A stretch of DNA of 64,000 nucleotides. It comes from Candidatus Acidiferrales bacterium. GTDB taxonomy: Bacteria; Patescibacteriota; Microgenomatia; Levybacterales; UBA12049. Position 1 is the first letter of the stretch. The number at the start of each line of letters is the position of its first letter. This document shows positions 17,181-27,349 of the stretch, one piece after another. The notes beneath the pieces are model-generated. The model searched no databases, had not been told where the DNA came from, and saw only the letters and a list, made by a program, of their open reading frames with translations. The stretch covers positions 14,146 through 78,145 of the forward strand of contig DATLSZ010000020.1 of NCBI GenBank assembly GCA_035533875.1, in the 5' to 3' direction. The translations under genes and the position numbers were made by a program.

Positions 17181-17300
17181 CCCAACTCATAGCGTGGTTC
17201 CGCATATCGTTTTGCGTACTTCTGCGAAGATTACCCTACACAAATCAAAAAGTGAAAGGGACCTGTATCCGAAGTATCGCTGAAAAGTAAAAGATTTTAC

Positions 17301-17648
17301 ATGAACACAACTCTTGTTAAAGCAGACAAAATTATCAAATGGGGGATGGCGTTCTCTCTTATCCTTCTCTTCCTTCAGGCAATTTTTATTGCCATTTTTT
17401 ACCTAAAACTACCCCCAGTATTGCCGCTATTTAATCAATTGCCGTGGGGAGAAGCAAGACTCGGAGTAAAATATGAGATTTTGTTACCGCTTATAATAAC
17501 GGGAGTATACTTTCTTTTCAACTATTTTCTATTGATAAAATTATATTCCAACATGCCGTTAGTTTCACGAATTATCGGCGTGACGACCCTTCTTGCTTCG
17601 GTTTTATCATTTATTTTTATTGCCAGGACATTACAACTCATTTTATAA
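17301..17648 (+). CDS. Hypothetical small membrane protein
   Basis: 115 aa with 3-4 hydrophobic helices and no recognisable motif. Confidence 0.55.
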   Translation: MNTTLVKADKIIKWGMAFSLILLFLQAIFIAIFYLKLPPVLPLFNQLPWGEARLGVKYEILLPLIITGVYFLFNYFLLIKLYSNMPLVSRIIGVTTLLASVLSFIFIARTLQLIL

Positions 17649-17654
17649 TTAATC

Positions 17655-18752
17655 ATGCCGAACTTTCCAACTGTTGCTGTTTTCCCGTTCTTAACCGCGT
17701 TGGTCATAACGACCATTTTGACTTTTCTAGCAATTCCATTTGTAAAAAAATTAGGGCTTATTGATGATCCAAAATTACACAAACATCCGGGTATTATTCA
17801 CACCAAACCGATCCCCCGGGGAGGTGGCATTCCACTTTTTTTCGGAGCACTCATAACCGGTCTGCTATTTCTTCCTTTTAATCCAACAACAATCGCAATT
17901 TATCTTGCAGCGTTTTTGGTCCTTGGCATCGGTATTGTTGACGACAAATTGAATGCCCAGTCAAAAGACGTCTCTCCATATATTCGTACATTAGTACAAA
18001 TACTTGCAGCGGTAATAGTTGTCGCAAGCGGGGTCAGTATCCATTTTATTACCAACCCATTCGGCTCCGGTGTGTTACAACTAACTATGCCGATCGTAAA
18101 TATCCCATCTATCCATTTTTCACTATTACTGTCGGATATAATTTCAGTTCTCTGGCTTGTTTGGATCATGAATATGCTGAATTGGAGCAAAGGTGTTGAC
18201 GGACAAATGCCGGGCATTGTCGCAATATCTGCACTGGTAATCGGGATACTCAGCCTCAAACTTACCCCATCAGGACATGGCAATTTTATTGATGCCCAAT
18301 TATCATTTATCATTGCAGGCGGAGCTATCGGTTTTCTCTTTTTTAATTTTTATCCTGCAAAAATATTTCCTGGATTTGGAGCGACAGCTCTTTATCTATT
18401 ACTTGGTGTCGCATCAATTTTAACCAGCGCCAAATTAGCTACAGCAATACTCGTCATGGGTGTGCCGCTTGTTGATTTTATGTTTACCATCGTAAGAAGA
18501 ATTTTATCAAAAAAGTCACCATTCCGTGGTGATAAAAAACACCTGCATCATATTCTTCTCAAACTGGGGTATAATCAAAGACAGATCGCATTGTTTTATT
18601 GGTGTATCTCTGGTATATTAGGTATGCTTTCTTTCCTGTTGGAGAGTCGCAGTAAAGTATTTGCTATTCTTATGGTTGTAGCAGTTACCGGAGGGGCGTT
18701 ACTCTTTTTACATTCTATTACTAATAAAAAAAATGAAAAACTCACTACGTGA
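17655..18752 (+). CDS. Polyprenyl-phosphate sugar-1-phosphate transferase (MraY/WecA family, GT4)
   Basis: 365 aa, polytopic. Motifs are IVDDKLN and NMLNWSKGVDGQMPG (the NxxNxxDGxDG type). Confidence 0.8.
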   Translation: MPNFPTVAVFPFLTALVITTILTFLAIPFVKKLGLIDDPKLHKHPGIIHTKPIPRGGGIPLFFGALITGLLFLPFNPTTIAIYLAAFLVLGIGIVDDKLNAQSKDVSPYIRTLVQILAAVIVVASGVSIHFITNPFGSGVLQLTMPIVNIPSIHFSLLLSDIISVLWLVWIMNMLNWSKGVDGQMPGIVAISALVIGILSLKLTPSGHGNFIDAQLSFIIAGGAIGFLFFNFYPAKIFPGFGATALYLLLGVASILTSAKLATAILVMGVPLVDFMFTIVRRILSKKSPFRGDKKHLHHILLKLGYNQRQIALFYWCISGILGMLSFLLESRSKVFAILMVVAVTGGALLFLHSITNKKNEKLTT

Positions 18753-19671
18753 TATTTTTCGGCTGCTTCGTCCACGGCAGTGGATCAAAAACTTCGCAAT
18801 TTACGGGGCACTCCTCTTCAGTGGTTTTCTCTTCGATCTCAATATCTTTACAACAGTAACCTACGGTTTTATTATATTTTGTGCGCTTTCCAGTTCAATT
18901 TATATTATCAATGATATTTTTGACATTGAAAAGGACAGAATACATCCATTCAAACGATTTCGGCCGCTTGCGCACAATGACGTTTCAATAAAACTTGCTA
19001 TCGGTATCGCTGTGGCACTTGCGATCGGATCTCTCTTCTTTAGTTATATTCTTAACTCGGGATTCTTTATTATTGCCCTTACTTTTTTTGTCCTTCATCT
19101 TTCTTACTCCGTATTTTTAAAACATATCGAAATTATCGATATTCTGACCCTTGCTGCCGGTTATATGCTGCGTGTTTTTGCTGGAGAAGTTGTCAGCAAT
19201 ACCCATATCTCAGCATGGCTGCTTCTGACGGTTATTTCTTTATCAATCTTTTTAGCGATCGGGAAAAGGAGATCAGAAATCGCTCTACTGTCACATCAAG
19301 ATGGTGCGTTATTGAATACACGCAAAACATTGACGCATTATACGGATAAACTACTTGATATTTATCTTTCAATTTTTGCGACATCCACCTTCATATCTTA
19401 TTCATTATTTACGTTTTTGGAAAATCCGAGAGGGTTGCAATTCACCTTAACATTCTTTCCCGCAGATGCATTAGGTACTTATTTACAGCGGAAATGGCTC
19501 ATGGTAACAATCCTTCCTGTAACGTATGGCCTCATGCGGTATCTGCAGCGGATTTATGAAAAGCAAGAAGGAGAAAGTCCCGAACGTGTCCTCTTTTCCG
19601 ATAGACCGCTTCTTATTTCGGTTGTTGTCTGGACGGTTATCGTAGTAATTTTAACCTACTTCATTACTTAA
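18733..19671 (+). CDS. UbiA-superfamily prenyltransferase, decaprenyl-phosphate phosphoribosyltransferase-like
   Basis: The N-terminus is LRPRQWIKNF. NDIFDIEKDRIHPFKRFRPLA supplies the NDxxDxxxD motif. The protein is polytopic. Confidence 0.7.
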   Translation: MKNSLRDIFRLLRPRQWIKNFAIYGALLFSGFLFDLNIFTTVTYGFIIFCALSSSIYIINDIFDIEKDRIHPFKRFRPLAHNDVSIKLAIGIAVALAIGSLFFSYILNSGFFIIALTFFVLHLSYSVFLKHIEIIDILTLAAGYMLRVFAGEVVSNTHISAWLLLTVISLSIFLAIGKRRSEIALLSHQDGALLNTRKTLTHYTDKLLDIYLSIFATSTFISYSLFTFLENPRGLQFTLTFFPADALGTYLQRKWLMVTILPVTYGLMRYLQRIYEKQEGESPERVLFSDRPLLISVVVWTVIVVILTYFIT

Positions 19672-19737
19672 AAACCTAACACCTATTCATTATATTTTCT
19701 GCGAATTTCCGCGTATTGTTCCGCGTCTTTCAGCGAC

Positions 19738-20607
19738 TTATTGTTTCTTCGCGTACTGCCCGCTGACCCATCCGGTCGTGCCGTCACTGAGGGTAATCTC
19801 GTACCAATTGTTTTCCTCACTGATTAATGGATACTTGGCGCCTGGCTTTACTTGCGTTATTTGGCCTGCGGATACGGATGGCCCTTCTCTGACCCAAAGA
19901 TAACCAGTCGGTGTATTCAGTATTACGACGCTATTGGTAACCGTAGGAGTAGGTATAGGTGATGTGGAAGCCTCAGTAGATGGCGTAGGTGTTGCAGCTG
20001 TTGTCGGAGCAGCATCAAGACTTGTCGTGCTTGTACTTAAATATGCTGCGACGGTTAATTTGTATCCAAGCGGCGTCCGGATCCGAATTTCTTTTTCATT
20101 GTATCCTTCTTTACTAATTTTCAAATCATGATCTGATTCGGTCGGATTATGATAAAATACCGGTGTCGTACCTATATTCTGATCATCAAGCAAGACATTT
20201 GCTCCCTGCGGGAAAGAAACAACTTCTAGTTGAGCTGCTGAGTTATCTGCCAACGGAGATAATGAAATGATACTCCCTTCCGACTGTCCATTCAGGCCAA
20301 ATTTCCGGTCTACGACTGTTAATACTCCTTCAGAAATAGTAACTTTTTCTTGAAACTCCTGCAAAGAACTGTCCAGTGGCACCAGACTAATCGTATAGTC
20401 ACCCGGCGTCACCATATCTGTTGCCTGGCATTTACAGAGTGGCGTCTGCCCGAGATATGAACCATTGAGATATACTTTACTCTGCGGACTTGAAGTGACT
20501 TGCAATGCTCCTTTTTGTGCGCGGATGTTGAGATAATACTGTACGCCCAGAAAAAGTCCCAATGCCAGAATAAAAGATATGATAAAAACGACAGCAATCT
20601 TCTTCAT
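19738..20607 (-). CDS. Membrane-anchored protein with two PEGA-like domains and a C-terminal SH3b-like domain
   Basis: An N-terminal TM is followed by SKVYLNGSYLGQTPL and GANVLLDDQNIGTTPV (PEGA-like) and a Thr/Pro linker. The C-terminus WVREGPSVSAGQITQVKPGAKYPLISEENNWYEITLSDGTTGWVSGQY is SH3b-like. Confidence 0.65.
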   Translation of the reverse strand: MKKIAVVFIISFILALGLFLGVQYYLNIRAQKGALQVTSSPQSKVYLNGSYLGQTPLCKCQATDMVTPGDYTISLVPLDSSLQEFQEKVTISEGVLTVVDRKFGLNGQSEGSIISLSPLADNSAAQLEVVSFPQGANVLLDDQNIGTTPVFYHNPTESDHDLKISKEGYNEKEIRIRTPLGYKLTVAAYLSTSTTSLDAAPTTAATPTPSTEASTSPIPTPTVTNSVVILNTPTGYLWVREGPSVSAGQITQVKPGAKYPLISEENNWYEITLSDGTTGWVSGQYAKKQ

Positions 20608-20662
20608 GTATACGCTAACTGGGTATATATTATCTTACCATAGAGGGATTACCAATAACAAA

Positions 20663-21271
20663 TTATTTCAAATCAAGACGTAGCAGCTTTTTCAATTCCT
20701 GTACCGCTTTATACCTATGATGATATTTTTTCACTTCCTTTGGAGTAAGTGTTTCTTCAAAGTAATATTTTTTTAGCTGCGGCAGATAGAAAAAAGAACG
20801 GTACGGATAACCGTGTTCATACATATCGGATGGCTCTTTTGTGATGATACCTTCAATTTCACCGGGGAAACTCATAACGCTGCCGTCAGGGTGGGCAAGT
20901 GATAGTACGACCTTAAAAAAAGCTTGACGATTATCATCAGGAAGCTTCTTTGCGATTCTCCCCATGTGAGCAAAGATATCTTTCTCCGTTGTATCCGGGC
21001 CAAGCCACCGGTGAGATTTGAGTCCTGGAGCACCATCAAGTGCCGTTATTTCCAACCCTCCGTCATCGGCAATCGCGGGCAATCCGCTTTCTTTACTATA
21101 AAACGATGCCTTTATCTGCGAATTTTCTGTATAGTCTTTACCGTTCTCTTCTGGCTCGTCGGTAATGCCGACATCAGATAACGAAACCAGTTGTACCGGC
21201 ACATCAGACAATAACTGTGACAATTCACGAAATTTTCCTTTATTTGTAGTAGCAATTAAAACTTTTTTCAT
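20663..21271 (-). CDS. rdgB: Non-canonical purine NTP pyrophosphatase (RdgB/HAM1 family)
   Basis: 202 aa. N-terminus VLIATTNKGKFRE. Its start overlaps the upstream stop by 4 nt. Confidence 0.8.
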   Translation of the reverse strand: MKKVLIATTNKGKFRELSQLLSDVPVQLVSLSDVGITDEPEENGKDYTENSQIKASFYSKESGLPAIADDGGLEITALDGAPGLKSHRWLGPDTTEKDIFAHMGRIAKKLPDDNRQAFFKVVLSLAHPDGSVMSFPGEIEGIITKEPSDMYEHGYPYRSFFYLPQLKKYYFEETLTPKEVKKYHHRYKAVQELKKLLRLDLK

Positions 21272-22068
21272 GCCCCGTGAATAATATCCTGTAGCTGTTT
21301 ATGCAGCTCAGGCGATGCGGTACAATAGGTAAAATATTCCTGTGTTCTTTTCAACGGGTTAGAATAGTCCAATAATTTACCATAATAATCAGTATACAAC
21401 CCGCCTGCTTCTTCAACAATTATCTGCGGTGCTATATTATCCCAAATTTTACTATTCTTATTGAGTGCGCCTCCATAACCACCCTTTGCAACCATAATGA
21501 TATCAAAAGCGCTATTACTTGAACGAAGATTTCTGATCGCCAGTACGAGATTTCCTACTATCTCAACTTCCTTTTTGGTCCCTATTGGATCTTCATGATG
21601 CCCATCTATGCCATATGCGATCAAAGAATCCCGCAAATTTATTTCCCTTGAAACAGAGATTTTTTTACCGTTGCAAAAGGCACCTTGTCCTTTTTCCGCA
21701 ATCGTTATTTCTTTAAAATAAGGTAGTGCAATCCCACCCGCAATTGGTGTATTTCCATCCAATAAACCTAGCATAATGCCATAGGTCGGGACACCACTTG
21801 CGAAATTACTTGTCCCATCGATTGGATCAACGACCCAAGTAAATTGTGAACCATTATCAATTACCCCCGCTTCCTCATCGATAACATTATATTCAGGATA
21901 GTCTCGTTTTATTTTTTCTACAATGAGTTTGCCAATTGCCAAATCCGCCTCTGTCAGAACTTGATTGGGGTCATGTTCTTTGATAAAACCCGATACGTTA
22001 CCAAACTTCGCATCAGCAATTATTGATGCATCTTCCAGAACAGATTGTATGAAGGACTGATAGTTCAT
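21268..22068 (-). CDS. suhB: Inositol monophosphatase family protein
   Basis: WVVDPIDGTSNF motif. 266 aa. Confidence 0.8.
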   Translation of the reverse strand: MNYQSFIQSVLEDASIIADAKFGNVSGFIKEHDPNQVLTEADLAIGKLIVEKIKRDYPEYNVIDEEAGVIDNGSQFTWVVDPIDGTSNFASGVPTYGIMLGLLDGNTPIAGGIALPYFKEITIAEKGQGAFCNGKKISVSREINLRDSLIAYGIDGHHEDPIGTKKEVEIVGNLVLAIRNLRSSNSAFDIIMVAKGGYGGALNKNSKIWDNIAPQIIVEEAGGLYTDYYGKLLDYSNPLKRTQEYFTYCTASPELHKQLQDIIHGA

Positions 22069-24329
22069 GCAGTTGCTATGCCAAACGACTCGAGTGTGCC
22101 GCCGCAGTATTTCATTATCATATCACAAGATTCCTGCAGAGATTTTTCCACCTGTTCCGGGGTAATATCATAAACGCCGTCGACATTGATATAGAGATTT
22201 TTTGTCGATTCCTTCACTGCTGTTCGCTGCGCGTCGCGGAAATTGAAATCGATATTGAATCCTCCCTTTTGATCAAAATATGCGATCTCAGACTCTTTAT
22301 ATTTCGTTGGTTCCGTATCTCCCAGTAGAAGTATCTCTTCATCATTTTTTGCCAAACGAAGCTCCGTTGGGAACTCAATCGTATCCAAATCAAACGCTCC
22401 GACTGAAACGCGATGCTGCATCACAACAAGATTGTATGCATCAACACAAGTGTTAATTGCATACAAACCCTTATTAAGAGCAACTCTCCTAAGAAGCGCT
22501 TCCGGACTAGGCCTTCGGGAATGCCAGTCAATCCCCATTGCTTTATATAATTTTCTATAATCCAAAACCTCAGGGAATTGTCCCAGTTGTTCGGTAGTCA
22601 GGTCCTTTAATGAATCTAGTAATTGTTGTTTTTCTTTTTCCAATTCAGGATTTGATTTGGTAATCGAAACTCCCTTTATAATAGCTACTCCAATAGAGAT
22701 CGAAGGATATTTTTCTTTCAATTCATTAGACAAAAAGAATATTTCCGGTTTATGAAAAACCTGTACTTTTTGTAATTCCTGATTCCTAATTCCTGGTTTC
22801 TGATTCATTTTTGCAACTTCCTCAAAGCGCTTCTTCACAAACTCCTTATCCAGCGAGAGGATCAACCATGCCGCTTTCGGTCCATGATCTTTACCAATCA
22901 ATGCTTTATAGATAGCGGCAAATGTTTCCTTGCCGTTTAAACCTATTTCTTTCCCCATCTCATAAATGCGTGTTTGGAAAGACTCAGCATCATTTACCGA
23001 ATCCAATTCAGCAGCAATTTTTTGTAAAAGTTCTTTCTGTTTGTCCGTCAAATCACGTGCCTTCTCTGGCAATGTTTCCTGTACCAAAAACTTTTCCGAT
23101 TCCGGAGCATACCGTTCAATCCAAACCCGCGCATATTTCGCCCATTCCGAAAGATCCGCTTTTTCAATTTGCTCCTGCATGTTGGGCATCTGCACCCACT
23201 GCGCAAGAACTGAAAAACGTACAGTTGGCGGTTTCTTTACGTCACCTATTTGAGAGAGCTCATATATCCGTGCCAATTCTTTATCCGATTTTGTGTCATA
23301 TGCAACAGCTGCCTGTTGATATTCATCAAATAACGTAGGAATTGTATTTTTTTCTGCCGGATCAAAATTAATTGCATGATTTAATTTTGTCCGTGCAATT
23401 AAAAATCTAACTAACTGCGGTGGAAGCACTTCAAGTAAATCAACAACAGATGTACCCATTCCTTTGGATGAAGACATCTTCTTCCCACCGACAAGAAAAA
23501 ATTCATGTGCAAAGCCATAGGGAACCGGATAATCCAAAACTTGTTTGCAAACTTTCTCAGCCAAATCATGTGAACCGCCTTTTGTCATATGATCCTTCCC
23601 TGCTCCTTCAACAGTTACACCGATGGCCTGCCATTTGACCGGCCATTCAATTTTCCAGGGTAGTTTGCCATTAATGGTATCTTTTGTCGCAAAGGGTGAT
23701 ATTTTTCCTTTATATCCACACCCTTTTGTCCATTTCACCGCATCAATATGACATTCAAAAGTAACATGTTCACCATCCCAATCAGTAACACGAGTCGTTG
23801 GTATTTTATGACATTGAGGACAGTAAACATTAAATGGATACCAATCATCAGCCATTTTCTTTTTATAAAGCTCTTCATAAAATGTTCTAATAAGTGCTGC
23901 TTTATCCAAACATTTTTTAATTCCTTCATTCATTTTCCCTGAAAAATATAAGTCTGTACCCCAAATAATTTTCGGATGACAGCCGATTGCATTAAAACCT
24001 TTTTCAAATTCCTTTGCATAGAACTGCGCAAATGTTCCATCACCAACGGGCGCGGGGATCATAAATAAAGGATAACCGAGATATTTTTCATAAATAGATT
24101 TATCGAGATAATGAGGCAACTTATCCAACGGATCCTGACTTTCAAAAACATAACTAAATGTCGCATTTTCTCCGGCATCAACAAGAGCTTTATAGACAAG
24201 ATCATGTGTCGTAACCGCACGCAAAGAACCGACATGGATTCTCCCTGAAGGAGTTTTCATATCATCAACCCACGCAAGTGGTAGGTTTTTCTTTTTAATA
24301 TCTTGTGCAATTTTATCAGCCCAAAACAT
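22065..24329 (-). CDS. lysK: Class I lysyl-tRNA synthetase fused to a C-terminal B3/B4 (PheT-type tRNA-binding/editing-like) domain
   Basis: The N-terminal ~520 aa carry TPSGRIHVGSLR and the KMSSSKG (KMSKS) motif in a class I LysRS layout. The extra ~230 aa include RPSPEALLRRVALNKGLYAINTCVDAYNLVVMQHRVSVGAFDLD, which is typical of B3_4 domains. Confidence 0.85.
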   Translation of the reverse strand: MFWADKIAQDIKKKNLPLAWVDDMKTPSGRIHVGSLRAVTTHDLVYKALVDAGENATFSYVFESQDPLDKLPHYLDKSIYEKYLGYPLFMIPAPVGDGTFAQFYAKEFEKGFNAIGCHPKIIWGTDLYFSGKMNEGIKKCLDKAALIRTFYEELYKKKMADDWYPFNVYCPQCHKIPTTRVTDWDGEHVTFECHIDAVKWTKGCGYKGKISPFATKDTINGKLPWKIEWPVKWQAIGVTVEGAGKDHMTKGGSHDLAEKVCKQVLDYPVPYGFAHEFFLVGGKKMSSSKGMGTSVVDLLEVLPPQLVRFLIARTKLNHAINFDPAEKNTIPTLFDEYQQAAVAYDTKSDKELARIYELSQIGDVKKPPTVRFSVLAQWVQMPNMQEQIEKADLSEWAKYARVWIERYAPESEKFLVQETLPEKARDLTDKQKELLQKIAAELDSVNDAESFQTRIYEMGKEIGLNGKETFAAIYKALIGKDHGPKAAWLILSLDKEFVKKRFEEVAKMNQKPGIRNQELQKVQVFHKPEIFFLSNELKEKYPSISIGVAIIKGVSITKSNPELEKEKQQLLDSLKDLTTEQLGQFPEVLDYRKLYKAMGIDWHSRRPSPEALLRRVALNKGLYAINTCVDAYNLVVMQHRVSVGAFDLDTIEFPTELRLAKNDEEILLLGDTEPTKYKESEIAYFDQKGGFNIDFNFRDAQRTAVKESTKNLYINVDGVYDITPEQVEKSLQESCDMIMKYCGGTLESFGIATA

Positions 24330-24344
24330 ACACTCTATTGTAGC

Positions 24345-25268
24345 CTATTTATAGCTTTGAAACAATTGCTGTGAAGTGCTATTTGGCATCAATCCATATT
24401 GCTCCAATACTTCTTTCAGCAACTGTTTATTACTATCACTCATCGGAACCAACGGCAAACGGAATACTTCCTGCATTTTTCCCATCATCGCAAGCGCTGT
24501 TTTGACTGGCTGCGGATTTGTCTCAATGAAATTAATATTCATCAAATCCAGTAGCTGATAATGCATTTTTCTTGCTTTCGCAAAATCTCCACTAAGAGCA
24601 GTTGATACAAATTTTGAAAATTCTTCCGGCACTTCATTGGACACAACAGAAATGATCCCGTCTCCACCGAGTGATAACAATGGAAAAGTCAATGCATCAT
24701 CGCCGCTCAATACAGAAAAATATGACGGTGCGTTTTTGATAATATTCATCATCTGGATAATATCGCCGGATGCTTCTTTTACCCCGATAACCTGCGGCAC
24801 TTTTTTTGCAATTGTCAAAGTCATCTCATCTGTTACATTTAACCCCGTTCTTCCCGGGACATTGTACAGAAGAATTGGCATGTTGACCGCTTCTGCAATC
24901 GCTTTATAATGAGCGATCAAACCATTCAGTGTCGGTTTGTTATAAAAAGGAGTAACATGCAGCAGCACATCTGCTCCGGCTTTTTTTGCAAGGTGAGAAA
25001 ACTCGATAGCTTTTTGTGTATTATTACTGCCTGCTCCGGCAATAACCGGAACTTCTCCTGCGACTTCCTGTGCAACAGTTTTTACGACCAATGCATATTC
25101 ATCATTTGTCATTGTCGCCGCTTCTCCAGTTGATCCACAAGGAACTATACCATTAATCCCATTTTCAATTTGGAACTGAACAAAATTTTTTAAAGCAGAC
25201 ACATCAATATCACCATTTTTTTGAAACGGCGTCACGATAGCTGTTATTGCACCTGTTATTTTTTTCAT
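24345..25268 (-). CDS. dapA: 4-hydroxy-tetrahydrodipicolinate synthase
   Basis: 307 aa. TAIVTPF..., GSTGE and the surrounding DAP gene context. Confidence 0.88.
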   Translation of the reverse strand: MKKITGAITAIVTPFQKNGDIDVSALKNFVQFQIENGINGIVPCGSTGEAATMTNDEYALVVKTVAQEVAGEVPVIAGAGSNNTQKAIEFSHLAKKAGADVLLHVTPFYNKPTLNGLIAHYKAIAEAVNMPILLYNVPGRTGLNVTDEMTLTIAKKVPQVIGVKEASGDIIQMMNIIKNAPSYFSVLSGDDALTFPLLSLGGDGIISVVSNEVPEEFSKFVSTALSGDFAKARKMHYQLLDLMNINFIETNPQPVKTALAMMGKMQEVFRLPLVPMSDSNKQLLKEVLEQYGLMPNSTSQQLFQSYK

Positions 25269-25270
25269 AA

Positions 25271-26005
25271 TTATTTTACCTCCTCAGCAAATAATTCATC
25301 AAATCGGAATAGTCCCTTTTTATTTTTGATAAACTCAGCAGCAAGCAATGCTCCCTCTGCAAAGCCGCGTCTTCCATGCGCCTGATGTGTCAGCGTTATC
25401 TCATCTGCCAAACTGTCAAAGCTTATTGTATGCATTCCGGGATTTCGTCCCGCCCTTACCGACGTAAAATGCAATTCGTCAGATTTAATTTGTCTGTCCA
25501 GTCTGCCAGTTTGCAAACTTTTTTTCCTTGCTATGTTTTTCAAAATAATTTCGGCTAGTTTTTTTGCTGTTCCGCTTGGACTGTCTTTTTTTCCACTATG
25601 GTGAACTTCAAATCCATACGTATCATATTGTTCATATCGTTCAAAAAGTTGACTCGAATATTCAATAATTTTAAAGAATATATTTGCACCAACCGAAAAA
25701 TTTTGTCCGTATATCAGGCCAATTTTATGTTTTCGAACAATTTTTTTCACCTTATCCATTTGATCATACCAACCTGTCGTACCGACAACCATATCGACTC
25801 CCAAACTAGCAACTACTGCAATATTCTCTATAACAATATCGGGAGCTGTGAAATCAATTGCCACATCAGCGCTAAGAATTCCCTCTTTATCTAACATTTT
25901 TTTTCCATCATAGCTTACCGAAACGATTGTATGTTCCGTATTTTCATGGACAAGCTGTTCAATTTCTTGTCCCATATTGCCGTAACCAATAAGTGCAATT
26001 TTCAT
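25271..26005 (-). CDS. dapB: 4-hydroxy-tetrahydrodipicolinate reductase
   Basis: MKIALIGYGNMG Rossmann start, the EVHHSGKKDSPSGTA motif region, and 244 aa. Confidence 0.85.
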   Translation of the reverse strand: MKIALIGYGNMGQEIEQLVHENTEHTIVSVSYDGKKMLDKEGILSADVAIDFTAPDIVIENIAVVASLGVDMVVGTTGWYDQMDKVKKIVRKHKIGLIYGQNFSVGANIFFKIIEYSSQLFERYEQYDTYGFEVHHSGKKDSPSGTAKKLAEIILKNIARKKSLQTGRLDRQIKSDELHFTSVRAGRNPGMHTISFDSLADEITLTHQAHGRRGFAEGALLAAEFIKNKKGLFRFDELFAEEVK

Positions 26006-26009
26006 AATA

Positions 26010-27338
26010 TTAATTAGTAAAAAGTAAACTTTTGTGCAAACATCTTACTGCTTTCCCAACTTGCGAAGACGCAACAACAAGGCTGATATTGATATCCGTT
26101 ACCCCGAATGAAATCATCTTTGGCTCAATCTTATTTAAATCTAAAACGGTAAAAATTTGTTTCATGATTTTTGGTACCCCGACTATCCGTTCACCAATAA
26201 TTGAGACAATGCCGCACGTATCCACATCAGTAACAGTAGCAAACTTTGTTAATTCTTTTAGGGCTTGTGCCAACTTCTCATCATTATCAAGCGTTATGGA
26301 AACACTCACTTCAGAAACACTGACAAGATCAACTGAGATATTATGATGAGCGAATATAGAAAAAACCTTAGATAAGAAACCTCTCTGCAGCAGCATGTCG
26401 GTTGAGTAAATATTGACAAGGGTTATATTATTTTTTGCAGTGATTGCTGCAATACGAGGAGTAATAACCGAAGGAACTTCAATCAAAGTTCCTTTATTAT
26501 TCGGATGCGTTGTATTCAATACTCGTACCGGTATATCTGCTTGCTGGGCAGGACGTATTGTGCGGGGATGAAGCACTTTTGCACCGAAAGTTGCAAGCTC
26601 TGCTGCTTCTCTATATGAAACTTTTTCTATAAGATAAGAATCGTTAATGACACGTGGATCAGTTGTCAAAATTCCGTCTACATCAGTCCAGATTTGCACT
26701 TCTTCAACATTGAGAGAATACCCAATAATTGTTGCGCTATAATCCGATCCTCCTCGGCCGAGTGTCGTAATTTTTTTATCAACCGTTGAGCCGATATACC
26801 CGGTGACAACTGGTACAATACCATTCTGCAATAACGGCAATAAATTTTTTTGAATATTTTTTTTGGTTGGTTTTGGCAAAAATTCTGCTAACCCGAAATT
26901 ATCATTGGTGACAATAAGATCTGTTGCTATTACTTGTTGAGAAGTAATACCAAAAGATGTAAGTGCTTGCGTGATAAGAAATGACGACATCCGTTCGCCA
27001 TATGAAACGATTGCATCGCTTTTTTCTTTTACATTTTGTTTTGTTTGTAATAACTGATTTATTTCACGCAAACACTGATCACTATACATATCAATTTCTT
27101 TCGGATATTCTCCCCCCCAAACATCTTTTGCCAAACGGGAATGTTTCTCTTTGATTTGTTCAAAAACTTGTACTCTATCTCTCTCTTTTAATACCGTCAA
27201 CAACAAATCAGTCATACCGCTCAAAGCGGACACGACAATCACTGGTGTACTTTCTTTTTCGCGTCGAGTTATTTCACCAATTGTTCTGATATTTTTTCCT
27301 GTACTGACGGATGTCCCGCCAAATTTCATAACAACCAT
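26010..27338 (-). CDS. lysC: Aspartate kinase
   Basis: VMKFGGTSV, a central GRGGSDYSA motif, and C-terminal ACT-like repeats. Confidence 0.9.
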   Translation of the reverse strand: MVVMKFGGTSVSTGKNIRTIGEITRREKESTPVIVVSALSGMTDLLLTVLKERDRVQVFEQIKEKHSRLAKDVWGGEYPKEIDMYSDQCLREINQLLQTKQNVKEKSDAIVSYGERMSSFLITQALTSFGITSQQVIATDLIVTNDNFGLAEFLPKPTKKNIQKNLLPLLQNGIVPVVTGYIGSTVDKKITTLGRGGSDYSATIIGYSLNVEEVQIWTDVDGILTTDPRVINDSYLIEKVSYREAAELATFGAKVLHPRTIRPAQQADIPVRVLNTTHPNNKGTLIEVPSVITPRIAAITAKNNITLVNIYSTDMLLQRGFLSKVFSIFAHHNISVDLVSVSEVSVSITLDNDEKLAQALKELTKFATVTDVDTCGIVSIIGERIVGVPKIMKQIFTVLDLNKIEPKMISFGVTDINISLVVASSQVGKAVRCLHKSLLFTN

Positions 27339-27349
27339 AATTCCTCCTT

